IMG/VR virus record: IMGVR_UViG_3300038520_002532
Coordinates: 1 to 43,351 of that record
Direction: 5' to 3' (one strand)
Origin: a virus
Taxonomy: Duplodnaviria; Caudoviricetes
DNA length: 43,351 nucleotides
The translations under genes were made by a program, and so were the position numbers. Under the pieces are notes generated by a model. That model made no database searches and was not told where the DNA came from. It was given only the letters and a program-made list of their open reading frames with translations. Below, one piece after another: positions 8,716 to 17,654 of the stretch. How positions within the stretch are numbered: position 1 is the stretch's first letter; each line of letters starts with the position of its first letter.

Positions 8716-10308
8716 GTGCCTACTCCTGAAGAATATAGAGAAGCGGCGAGCCGAATGGAGCGTCTAGCAGAATTAGATGAAGAAGAAGAACAAGTCATGG
8801 ATGAAGTAGAAAGTGCCTTGGGTATGAGTTTTGATGAAGTTAGAGCATCACTTGATACGGGTGCAGTTCTCTCTGAATTAGAAGAGATTACTAAATTATC
8901 GAATGATTTAGGAATCAACGCTTCCCAAGCAAGAAAGCACTTAGATTCTTTCCCAAAAGAATACATTGTTAAAGAAGAGACTGTTCCGGACTTAATCAAA
9001 AAACTGCGTATGGCTAGACGTAAATTAAAGGGTGACGATAGAGAGCGTATGTCTAAATCTATTGATACTCTTATCAATGCATATTCTGACCACATTGATA
9101 AATCAATTGATTCTATTCATTGGATTAGACCATATAAGTCCACTCTACTTAAAATGAGATTTAATGAAAAAGACTTACATAAACTTCATAAAATGAAAGA
9201 TGTAGAAATACGAAGACAGGTTGTTGACTCTCTCTGCAAATATTGGGAGGCTGACTTAAATCAAAGGCAGGTTAATTTAGGAAAAGAGTTTGCTATTCTT
9301 CAGAAGGAAATGACTTCTGCAAAGAAAGAATTTAGAAACAGTATTGCGAAGATTACGGACCAATCTATTACTAAATCAAAGAAAGAAAGAATCGAAGACT
9401 TTATTCTTAAAGCAGTTTGTGATGAACCCGGAATTGGAGCAAAACAAATTCATGAAAGAATGCCCGGTGTGCTGTATAAATCTTCAAGCCCTGCTTCTAT
9501 TTCTCAGTTAGTTAAAAAGTTAGATATCGTCAACACAAGCGGTTCTTATTATAAATTCTCTTCGGAGATTAAGAAAAACATCTGGGCTTATACTGCTGCC
9601 TTTATTGACTCTGATGGTTACATTACAATGGATAGGAGTTTTAATCCAAGAGTAGGCTTAGTCGCAACAGGTGAAAGAGGAAAGGCTTTCATGGAAGAGA
9701 TGCATAAAAGTATTGGATTTGGTCGCTTACATCTTGACCAAAAGTCACCACAAGATACCCGACCTGTTAACCGACTTAACTTCTATTCACAGGAGGACGT
9801 TCACAACCTTTTAACTAAGTGTCTTCCTCACTTTAAGTTGAAGAAAGGAAACGCGCAACTTCTTTTAGAATTAGTTCGGATGAAAAAATCATATAAGAAA
9901 CAAGATTGGTATAAGCAAAGATGTGATGAACTTTTCAAGTTAATGAAATGGGAAAACCATAAAGACCACGTTGGGTTTGATTTTGAGAAGGAAGGTATCT
10001 ATAAGGATGATATTCAAAAGTTTAAAGACAACTGTAAAATGTCTCTGATGGATGAACTAGAGGGAATTGGAACTATCATTAAATTTGACAGAGCAGAACT
10101 TGTTAGAAGTTATCCTAAATTAAAACCATTGCCTGACGAAGCAGTTAGAGAGTTTGAGTCTAAGATGAACGATAAGTTCAATTTTGAGAGTGCCGCATCA
10201 ATTATTTCTAGACTTCTAGTTAAGTATAAGAATCAGTTAAGAACTTTCAGAAAGTCAGAGGAAAATAAAGTCGAAAGAAAATTAAAAAAGAGGGCTAACT
10301 ATGCCTGA
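8716..10308 (+). CDS. Protein with helical N-terminus, wHTH-like segment and single LAGLIDADG endonuclease-like domain
   Basis: WAYTAAFIDSDGYI motif (9583-9618) followed by typical beta strands and CLPHFKLKK. Confidence 0.8.
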   Translation: MPTPEEYREAASRMERLAELDEEEEQVMDEVESALGMSFDEVRASLDTGAVLSELEEITKLSNDLGINASQARKHLDSFPKEYIVKEETVPDLIKKLRMARRKLKGDDRERMSKSIDTLINAYSDHIDKSIDSIHWIRPYKSTLLKMRFNEKDLHKLHKMKDVEIRRQVVDSLCKYWEADLNQRQVNLGKEFAILQKEMTSAKKEFRNSIAKITDQSITKSKKERIEDFILKAVCDEPGIGAKQIHERMPGVLYKSSSPASISQLVKKLDIVNTSGSYYKFSSEIKKNIWAYTAAFIDSDGYITMDRSFNPRVGLVATGERGKAFMEEMHKSIGFGRLHLDQKSPQDTRPVNRLNFYSQEDVHNLLTKCLPHFKLKKGNAQLLLELVRMKKSYKKQDWYKQRCDELFKLMKWENHKDHVGFDFEKEGIYKDDIQKFKDNCKMSLMDELEGIGTIIKFDRAELVRSYPKLKPLPDEAVREFESKMNDKFNFESAASIISRLLVKYKNQLRTFRKSEENKVERKLKKRANYA

Positions 10309-10480
10309 TTGGGTGTATTATACGTGTTGTTACTTTCCCGAACTTCATGGTTTAGAACATGCTCCTTTTGGTTTTTGTTGCAAGTGTTGGGAAAAAGCAG
10401 GTAGGCCTCAACCAATGGATGCCGACACCCTCTTGAATGATGACGAACAAGCGACGGACGGAGGCGTTGAGCATGGCTGA
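10301..10480 (+). CDS. 59-aa Cys-rich protein (not in ORF track)
   Basis: MPDWVYYTCCYFPELHGLEHAPFGFCCKCWEKAGRPQPMDADTLLNDDEQATDGGVEHG*; fills the gap and overlaps both neighbours by 8 nt. Confidence 0.6.
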   Translation: MPDWVYYTCCYFPELHGLEHAPFGFCCKCWEKAGRPQPMDADTLLNDDEQATDGGVEHG

Positions 10481-12119
10481 AGGACCAAGACGTTTCTCCA
10501 TTGCTAATCTATTTCGGAGACAAACTCCTAAACCTGCCGATAGGCAAGTATATAACATGGGTATTCAGGAAAGAAGTTATCAGCACATGGTAACTTCTCC
10601 AATCATTTATTCCCTTCATCAGCAATCTGTCATTGTTAGGACTTGCACTACTCAATTGAAGCAAGAAACTTTTAGGCGTGGATATCATTGGGAAAAAGCA
10701 TTTGAAGCAAGATGTGAAAATTGTGGAAAAGAACACGATAAGCCGGTTGATGAATGTGCTAGATGTGGTTCAAAGGAACTTAGAAAACCTGACCCTAAGC
10801 AATTAATTTATGCTGAAAACTTTATTGAAGGCTACGTTAACAAGTCAGAACAATTATTTATTGATGTTCTTAAGGAACTAGAGGATGACTTAAACATCAT
10901 GGACGACGCTTATATTGTTCTGGTCAAAGAATATTTTATCGATGGTAATGGTAAAATTAGAATGCATCGAATTAAGGAGATGTATCGAGGCGACCCTGTT
11001 ACGATGAACATTTATTCGGATGAAGATGGGGTTAGAGGAACGAAAGGATTTACTTGTATTAACCATCGTTCAGTATTAGCAACTGAACCTCACGAAACTT
11101 GCGAAACTTGTGGTAGTAAATTAGTTCCTGTCCACTTCGTAAATCGTGCTCATGGAGAAGACCAATACTTTATTGAAGGGGAAATTCTACACTTCAGCAA
11201 ATATAGTCCTTCTCGTCTTTATGGAACTTCACCAATCCTAACTCTTTATAATCTAATCATGACACTTATTGCTATGGAGAATTATGTTAATTCTTCATAC
11301 ACCAAGAGTCGAATGCCTCGCGGTCTTCTCGCAGTTCAAACTAGAAATATGGAATCCATGCGCTCTTTCTGGCGTTCCGTGAAAGAGAAGATGGAAGCAG
11401 ACCCTCACTTTATTCCTGTAATGGGCATCGAAGCCGAAAACGGTAAAGGTGCTATTGAATGGATTAAGTTTATGGACAGTCTAAAAGAGATGGATTACGT
11501 CGCAGTAAAGGATGATTTACGCGACAGAATTTCTGCTTTCTATGGTGTGAGCAAAGTCTTTATGGCTGATAACACAACTAGCGGCGGTCTTAACAATGAA
11601 GGTATGCAAATTCTTGTTACCAATCGTGCTGTTCAAATGGCGCAGAACGTCTACAATAACTACGTATTCCCATACTTAACAAAGCAGTTTGGTATTACAG
11701 ATTGGAAACTTAAATTACCGCCGTCTGAAGAAGAAGATGAGATTGCTGTTCTTAGGAAGCGTGAGATTGAGATTAACCTTGCTGCATCTATGAAGAATAT
11801 TGGCTTTGAAGTTGATATGGATGAAGATGGTCAATTTACTTTCAAGAAACCTCCACCTGCACCAAAACCTGAAGAACAGGGCAACCAAGAAGGGACGGCT
11901 AAGGTTGACCCATTAGCAGGTTCAAACCTTGACCAACGTGACCTTGATGAAATGCAAAGGCAAGCGTTACAGGGTGGAAGTCCTAAGCCCCAAGAGAACC
12001 CACCGGCCACAAGGAATAAGATGAGGCAGAGCGTGGGACCGGATAAGAGATTCACAGGATTACCTGAAGATGCAGGCAATCAAAATGTTGATAGAAGAAG
12101 CGAGAGGAGGATTCCTTGA
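10473..12119 (+). CDS. Portal protein with two zinc-ribbon insertions
   Basis: ILHFSKYSPSRLYGTSP, PRGLL, RDRISAFYGV portal motifs; ATG 10473 after GGAGG; located downstream of terL. Confidence 0.9.
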   Translation: MAEGPRRFSIANLFRRQTPKPADRQVYNMGIQERSYQHMVTSPIIYSLHQQSVIVRTCTTQLKQETFRRGYHWEKAFEARCENCGKEHDKPVDECARCGSKELRKPDPKQLIYAENFIEGYVNKSEQLFIDVLKELEDDLNIMDDAYIVLVKEYFIDGNGKIRMHRIKEMYRGDPVTMNIYSDEDGVRGTKGFTCINHRSVLATEPHETCETCGSKLVPVHFVNRAHGEDQYFIEGEILHFSKYSPSRLYGTSPILTLYNLIMTLIAMENYVNSSYTKSRMPRGLLAVQTRNMESMRSFWRSVKEKMEADPHFIPVMGIEAENGKGAIEWIKFMDSLKEMDYVAVKDDLRDRISAFYGVSKVFMADNTTSGGLNNEGMQILVTNRAVQMAQNVYNNYVFPYLTKQFGITDWKLKLPPSEEEDEIAVLRKREIEINLAASMKNIGFEVDMDEDGQFTFKKPPPAPKPEEQGNQEGTAKVDPLAGSNLDQRDLDEMQRQALQGGSPKPQENPPATRNKMRQSVGPDKRFTGLPEDAGNQNVDRRSERRIP

Positions 12120-12400
12120 TGTGGAAAGGTGAATTGAAAAAACAAGTTAGAGATATGGAAATGGACGACCTTTCTTCTTTTGTTCACGTTATGAATGAAC
12201 TTGGTCGTTGGGGATTTGAATCTGAAGCAATTCAAAATATTATCTATTTCTTAGAAAAGCCTTATGCATGGAATAGAGAATTTAGAATTATGCAAGAATT
12301 TGCGGAAGAAAACAATACCGAATGGTTTAACTTAGATAGATTAGATTATAAAAAAGAAATGGAATTAGAGGAAAGGCTAGACGACAAAAATAGGAGATGA
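12119..12400 (+). CDS. Hypothetical protein, MWKGELKK leader
   Basis: GGAGG SD; TGATG coupling to portal stop. Confidence 0.65.
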   Translation: MWKGELKKQVRDMEMDDLSSFVHVMNELGRWGFESEAIQNIIYFLEKPYAWNREFRIMQEFAEENNTEWFNLDRLDYKKEMELEERLDDKNRR

Positions 12401-12404
12401 TTAA

Positions 12405-12629
12405 ATGACTGAAGATTTAAGACAAAGAGAAATTGCTCTCCGAAAGGAGTTAGCAAAAGTAAAAGCGCAGAATGCAAACGCAGATAGAAGAATTACTCCG
12501 AACAGGGATTTTTCTATGGGTAATCCAACTGATAATACCCACAAGGCTATTCCAGTTTCTAACGATGTTCCTGACGTAGTTCTTCTCCCTTCCAAGAGAA
12601 GGGGAAAGAAAGAGAACATTCCTTTCTGA
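12405..12629 (+). CDS. Small hypothetical protein
   Basis: GGAGA/GATGA SD; 74 aa. Confidence 0.65.
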   Translation: MTEDLRQREIALRKELAKVKAQNANADRRITPNRDFSMGNPTDNTHKAIPVSNDVPDVVLLPSKRRGKKENIPF

Positions 12630-12639
12630 GGTGAGTTAA

Positions 12640-14301
12640 ATGTGGCAAAGCCTTCTTAAACAAGAGGTTGAGCCAAACTTGCTTTCGCATGGAAATGTAA
12701 TCAAGACCGTCCTTGGTGATAGGCTTTATTCAAAAGTCTCTGAAATAAAAGAGTTAAATAACTTTTTAAATCAAATCGCTTTTAGTAAATCAATGTATGA
12801 AAGTTGGCTTGCATCTCAAGATAGTGACAAGTTTGTTGATTTCTTAAAAACAAATATCAATAGAGTTAAAGAATCAGAAACTAGACTACTTAGATTTTCA
12901 GAAGAATTGGGGACTACCTTAATCAAAAATATTCAAACTTCTTTTGATACTTTCTATGAAGTTCCGCCAAAAAAAGAGGGGCGAGAACAACAGCCCGGTC
13001 TATCAGGCTTAATGGCTGAAAGAAAATTCAAGCCTGTTCCTGATAAACTTTTAGAAATGGCGGGACAGATAGCCAATGCTGTCGGTGAACTCGGCTCTGA
13101 AGAACTTTCTACCACAGAAGAGCAAGACTTATTTGTTAAAATTCTAGAACAAAGACCTTTACTTAAATTAGAAATGATTAAACTATTAGTTTCAGAAGAA
13201 GGACAACTCACTAAAAATTCAGAATTCTTTGACTATACGTTAAACGAAACTGGTCGTAGGTTCGTCAAAAGACCTGATGAAATTACTCCAAATAGTAAAG
13301 GATATAAGGATTATTTTAGAGATGTAAAGAAAATTTTAATGATTCTAAGGGATAGTGAAGAAGCAGTTATTAGACTTGTTCAATTCGCTAGTAGGGCTTA
13401 TGGTGTAAAAACTAAAATTCCGATTGATATTCAAGCAATTTCTGGAAGAGGAAAACAAAAGTTAGCCCAAGAAAGAGAGAAAAGTAAAAGGATTTCTAGA
13501 AACATTTCTAGTTTTCAGACTTCTCTTGTTAAGATTAAAGCACTTGCTGAATCTAGTCCGGGTTCTTATCCAATCACAAATAAAAGATTGCGTAGGGATT
13601 ATGAGAAAGTTAAGGATGAAATGCGTAAAGCATTATCTGAAATTCTAATCAAAATTAAGTATGAAGGTAAAGAAGGTTCTGAATTTTCTGAGGAAGACAA
13701 AGAAAGAATCAAAAGAACTCTTGAAAGACAGAACATTAGACCGGACACATTTACTACATCAGAACTTAGAGAAAAGAATAGAGAAATAGAAGAAATTACT
13801 TCAGATGATAGACTTAACTTTATGTTAATTACTGACCAAAGATACACTAAAGTTATTGAAGAATATGAATCAGTATTAGAAAAAATTGTTGAAGAGCGAC
13901 AAAGAGAAATGCAGAAAACCATTCTTCTAATTGAGAAACTTTCTGATGATTTATCTGGTCTAGGAAGAAAGTTCGAAGCGGGTATGACTGAAGAAGTTTC
14001 TGAGATTATTGAAGACTTTACTACAGATTTCTTAGATTCTCTAAAAGATCAATTGAAGACTGTAAAAGAAGAAGTCTCTGAAGTGATTGATAGTCTAACT
14101 GATGAAAAATTCAAAGAAGAGGACAAGATGGAAGAACTCTTAGAAGAACTTCTTGAAGATAAAATTGAAGACCCTGACTTCGACGTGGAAGATACCAGAC
14201 TTCTATTGAAAGAATCTGAACAACTTCAAAACAAAATTAGAATCTTGGAAAAGACTCTAGACTTCATCAGAAAAGAAGTCGCAAAAAGACCGGAGGCATG
14301 A
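12640..14301 (+). CDS. Large E/K-rich coiled-coil protein, MWQSLLKQ leader
   Basis: GAGGTGA SD; 553 aa; acidic heptad-rich C-terminus. Confidence 0.75.
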   Translation: MWQSLLKQEVEPNLLSHGNVIKTVLGDRLYSKVSEIKELNNFLNQIAFSKSMYESWLASQDSDKFVDFLKTNINRVKESETRLLRFSEELGTTLIKNIQTSFDTFYEVPPKKEGREQQPGLSGLMAERKFKPVPDKLLEMAGQIANAVGELGSEELSTTEEQDLFVKILEQRPLLKLEMIKLLVSEEGQLTKNSEFFDYTLNETGRRFVKRPDEITPNSKGYKDYFRDVKKILMILRDSEEAVIRLVQFASRAYGVKTKIPIDIQAISGRGKQKLAQEREKSKRISRNISSFQTSLVKIKALAESSPGSYPITNKRLRRDYEKVKDEMRKALSEILIKIKYEGKEGSEFSEEDKERIKRTLERQNIRPDTFTTSELREKNREIEEITSDDRLNFMLITDQRYTKVIEEYESVLEKIVEERQREMQKTILLIEKLSDDLSGLGRKFEAGMTEEVSEIIEDFTTDFLDSLKDQLKTVKEEVSEVIDSLTDEKFKEEDKMEELLEELLEDKIEDPDFDVEDTRLLLKESEQLQNKIRILEKTLDFIRKEVAKRPEA

Positions 14302-14303
14302 TT

Positions 14304-14669
14304 ATGACTTGGGACTACTATGATAGCGGAAAAGAATTCATTCTAAAAAAAGAGAGAAAATCTCCTGATAAACTTCTAGACACCCTTAATCCTAAAGAAA
14401 GAAAGAAACTTAAGAAGACTCTTCAATCGGCAGAGCCTTCTGAGTTTTTTGGTCAGGACTTCACAAAACTAGGTGATTTAATTTCTCTGCTGAAATCGAT
14501 GGAACTTGTCAAGTCTGACAAAAAACTCACAAAGAAGATGAAGTCAATGGACGAACGGAACGTTGATATTGTCGCCACGGCTAGCAAATTACGGAAGGAG
14601 TATGAGTTACTCTATCGCCAATTAGAAGATTTAGTTTATCCCGCTAAAAAGAAGGAGGAAGAACTATGA
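14304..14669 (+). CDS. Hypothetical head-module protein
   Basis: MTWDYYDSGKEFILKK; GGAGG upstream. Confidence 0.7.
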   Translation: MTWDYYDSGKEFILKKERKSPDKLLDTLNPKERKKLKKTLQSAEPSEFFGQDFTKLGDLISLLKSMELVKSDKKLTKKMKSMDERNVDIVATASKLRKEYELLYRQLEDLVYPAKKKEEEL

Positions 14670-14893
14670 ATGAAGATTTACTAGAGATTTTGAAAGCACT
14701 TACGTCTAAGATTGAGCAATTAGAAAAAGCCGTCTATAATGACGACAACCTTCTAATGAAGTCAGGTTATGTTGTCGTTGATAGTCCAACTCCTTCAATG
14801 AACATTCAAAAATCTTCTTCGGCCATTGGCGATGTTTCTAACATGGAATGGTCAGAAATTCACGATGTTGTGAAAAAGTTAGCAGGTGAGTAA
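14666..14893 (+). CDS. Small protein resembling the scaffold termini (mini-scaffold-like)
   Basis: N-terminal coiled coil EILKALTSKIEQLEKA; C-terminal MEWSEIH matches scaffold MDWSEVH. Confidence 0.65.
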   Translation: MNEDLLEILKALTSKIEQLEKAVYNDDNLLMKSGYVVVDSPTPSMNIQKSSSAIGDVSNMEWSEIHDVVKKLAGE

Positions 14894-14894
14894 A

Positions 14895-15122
14895 ATGCCA
14901 GAAAGAGTTACCCCCGAAGAAAGATTAGTGAGTCTTGCTATTGAAAAGGCTAGAGAAGTTGCTGAAGTTTTTAGGCAAAGAGAACCGACACAAATTGTCG
15001 TCAATGACCCTGAACCAGAAATGGAAAAGGTTAAGCGACCCAAGGCTCAAGCCGACAAAACTAAAATTAAAACGCAAAATAAAGAAGGCTATGGGTTAGC
15101 CGGTGAAACTACTGGCGAATGA
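14895..15122 (+). CDS. Small hypothetical protein
   Basis: AGGTGAG SD then ATG (MPERVTPEE). Confidence 0.65.
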   Translation: MPERVTPEERLVSLAIEKAREVAEVFRQREPTQIVVNDPEPEMEKVKRPKAQADKTKIKTQNKEGYGLAGETTGE

Positions 15123-17617
15123 TTAAAATGCCTCTTCTTCTAGATAAAGAAGAGTCTCCATCTGAGGAGATTATTCGCTTATTTGAGAAGACTCGCGTAG
15201 CATATCTCTCTGCGCGTGAAGACCCCAAAGAATACGGTGGACGTTGGCGAAGAGCCGTTGAGGATTTAAGGGAACTTCGTTCAAAAACAGACGCATTAGG
15301 TAGTGTTCTTGAAGACTACCTTAATGAAAATTTATTAGAGAGAAATGATGCACTAGACCCACAAACCAACGAAGCATCTAAAGTTTATGAGAGTATTAAG
15401 AACATGAGGCTTTCTGCTGATGAAGCCAATGACCCTTTCACAAAGAAATACAAAGATAAGGTTCTTGAAGTATTATTAGAAGAACCAGAAACTATGGCTA
15501 AGTTTGTCCACTATGCTTTAAGGAATGGAAATGATGCTCTTCCTAAGAAAGTTTGGAGCATTAAAGACATGCAACCGGACGAAATTACTGACGGCTTCCC
15601 CGGCCTCGACCTAGAAGTGGACGACATTCCCCTATACATCATCGAGCAATATGGTGATGGAAAGGACTCGAATAAGGTCGAAAGCAAAGTTAGTTCTGCT
15701 CTTGACCTTTTAGAAATGTTTTATCTCTCTGAACACAAAGAAGAAGAGTTAGATGAACTTAAAGAAATTGAAAAGGCTGAAAAATCTGTAGAAGAAAAAG
15801 CACAGTCAGATTTCTTAGTCCCAAATAAACCAATGTATCGTATTTTTGATATTGAAGACCTGAATGAACTAAAAGGTTTTAGTGGTAATTGGGTGATTCA
15901 GGAAAAGTATGATGGTATGAGAATCCAAATTCATAAGATTGATGATAAGGTCAAAATTTATTCTTATAACGAAAAGGACATTACTGATAAGTGTCCCGGC
16001 CAAGTAAAGGAAATGAAGCAGAAACAATACGGTGACTGTATTCTTGACGCTGAACTCATTTTATTTGATGAAGATGAACCACTCCATAGAGCAGATACTA
16101 TCGCTCATGTGTTCAAAGGTAAATACCCAAACGCCACACTAAGAGCGCACGTTTTCGATATTATGCGACATGAAAATAGGTCGTTGGTTGAAGAACCTTT
16201 TGAGGATAGAATTACTATTCTTTTCAACAATTACTCTTCCCGCTCCTCAACAGAGGTAGCATTTCCATCTAAGAAAGATACTAGAATGGCTGATAATATT
16301 AAAGACGTTGAATCTTATTCAAAAGAAATTATGGAAATGCCTACATCTGAAGGCGTAGTCATTAAGGATGCTACCTCAACTTATTATATTGGAACAAGAA
16401 AGAATCCAAAATGGATTAAATGGAAGAAATTTGTTGATTTGGACTTGATTGTTCTTGATGTTAAGAAGACCAAGAGCAATCTGTATTCATATACGCTCGG
16501 CGCAGGGCCGACAGAAGGCGAGGGCAAGCACTTCAGGGAGATTGAAGGCAAGATTTACATGGACGTAGGCAAGGCCCTTAACACCAAAATTTCTGCTAAG
16601 GTAGGCGACATCATTCGTGTGAAAGTTGACGAAGTAAAGCCTGCGGGAGATAGATACACAGTTTTCTCAGCAAAGGTAATTGAAATCCCTGAAGTGGAAG
16701 CACCTGATAAAATTGTAACTTTAGATATGTTATCACAGGACACTAAAAAATCATTAAACTATGATGTGAGTGCTTTAGAAAAAGGCATCAAAGTTACTGA
16801 CTTCATTCACGGAGAGGCTACACTAATCATTAAATCAGATTATGATGGTTTCACTATCTATGGTTTTGAAGAATCTAACCTAATGTCAAAGAATGCTATT
16901 GCAGACTTAGATATGTGGAAAGCGCAAGCCGAAGAAATTATGAAAACAAAACAAGCAAGACTTACCGTGTCTATCATCAATTTCTTAAAAGAGCAAGGTC
17001 CAAAAACAGTTAGAGAACTACACAATTTCTTAAAGAAGAAGAAATCAGAAGAATATGAAGATGTTCTTGAAAGCAAAGAACGTAAGTTGATGACTTGGGC
17101 TGAAGAGAGAGATGGTATCAGTTATGATATGTCTAAAAAGAAACTTTTTGCTGAGACAGATAAACTAATCAAATCTGAATATAAAACTCCTGAAGAGTAT
17201 AGAAAAGGTATGTTTAAGATTTATCTTCGAAAGGATGGTAATTTAGATTTTAGCATTCGACTTGGTGATGAAAACTTAGTTTGGTATATTGAATTACCAA
17301 ATAAAGATGCAATCTTTGAACTCTTTGGAAAAGCAGGTAAGTTCCCCGCTGAAGTTTCTAAATCTAAAGATAGGGAGGACCTATTGGATGCAGGTGATAT
17401 TGAATTAGGTGTCCAAAAGGAAGGATACCATGAATATTTCTTGAAGGGCAATAAATTTGAAACTAAACTACACATTAGAGTTATCCCTGTAAAGGATGAA
17501 AAGATGTGGCTAGCGTGGACAGGCTATAAACAGACTCCGGCTGATAAAGAAGGAGATGAAGGTTTATGGAACATTTACGAGGACAGGTATAATACTTTGA
17601 CCATCCCCGAGTCTTGA
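15119..17617 (+). CDS. lig: ATP-dependent DNA ligase with N-terminal extension and C-terminal LigD-PE-like domain
   Basis: Motif I EKYDGMR, III ILDAEL, IIIa VFDIM, IV EGVVIK, V WIKWK, OB fold DLIVL...YTLG. Confidence 0.92.
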   Translation: MIKMPLLLDKEESPSEEIIRLFEKTRVAYLSAREDPKEYGGRWRRAVEDLRELRSKTDALGSVLEDYLNENLLERNDALDPQTNEASKVYESIKNMRLSADEANDPFTKKYKDKVLEVLLEEPETMAKFVHYALRNGNDALPKKVWSIKDMQPDEITDGFPGLDLEVDDIPLYIIEQYGDGKDSNKVESKVSSALDLLEMFYLSEHKEEELDELKEIEKAEKSVEEKAQSDFLVPNKPMYRIFDIEDLNELKGFSGNWVIQEKYDGMRIQIHKIDDKVKIYSYNEKDITDKCPGQVKEMKQKQYGDCILDAELILFDEDEPLHRADTIAHVFKGKYPNATLRAHVFDIMRHENRSLVEEPFEDRITILFNNYSSRSSTEVAFPSKKDTRMADNIKDVESYSKEIMEMPTSEGVVIKDATSTYYIGTRKNPKWIKWKKFVDLDLIVLDVKKTKSNLYSYTLGAGPTEGEGKHFREIEGKIYMDVGKALNTKISAKVGDIIRVKVDEVKPAGDRYTVFSAKVIEIPEVEAPDKIVTLDMLSQDTKKSLNYDVSALEKGIKVTDFIHGEATLIIKSDYDGFTIYGFEESNLMSKNAIADLDMWKAQAEEIMKTKQARLTVSIINFLKEQGPKTVRELHNFLKKKKSEEYEDVLESKERKLMTWAEERDGISYDMSKKKLFAETDKLIKSEYKTPEEYRKGMFKIYLRKDGNLDFSIRLGDENLVWYIELPNKDAIFELFGKAGKFPAEVSKSKDREDLLDAGDIELGVQKEGYHEYFLKGNKFETKLHIRVIPVKDEKMWLAWTGYKQTPADKEGDEGLWNIYEDRYNTLTIPES

Positions 17618-17624
17618 AGCGTGG

Positions 17625-17640
17625 TCATTATATACCCAAA
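17625..17640 (+). promoter_or_regulatory. Putative archaeal TATA box (TTATATA) for the protease/capsid transcript
   Basis: TTATATA at 17628-17634 in one of the few intergenic gaps, about 20-30 nt upstream of ATGs at 17655/17664. Confidence 0.5.
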
Positions 17641-17654
17641 GGAGATGAAGAGAC

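Noticed and set aside
8716-10308. Intein or group I intron interpretation of the LAGLIDADG domain
   Set aside because: No N-terminal Cys/Ser splice block or HN-C/S/T end; terL and portal are each intact
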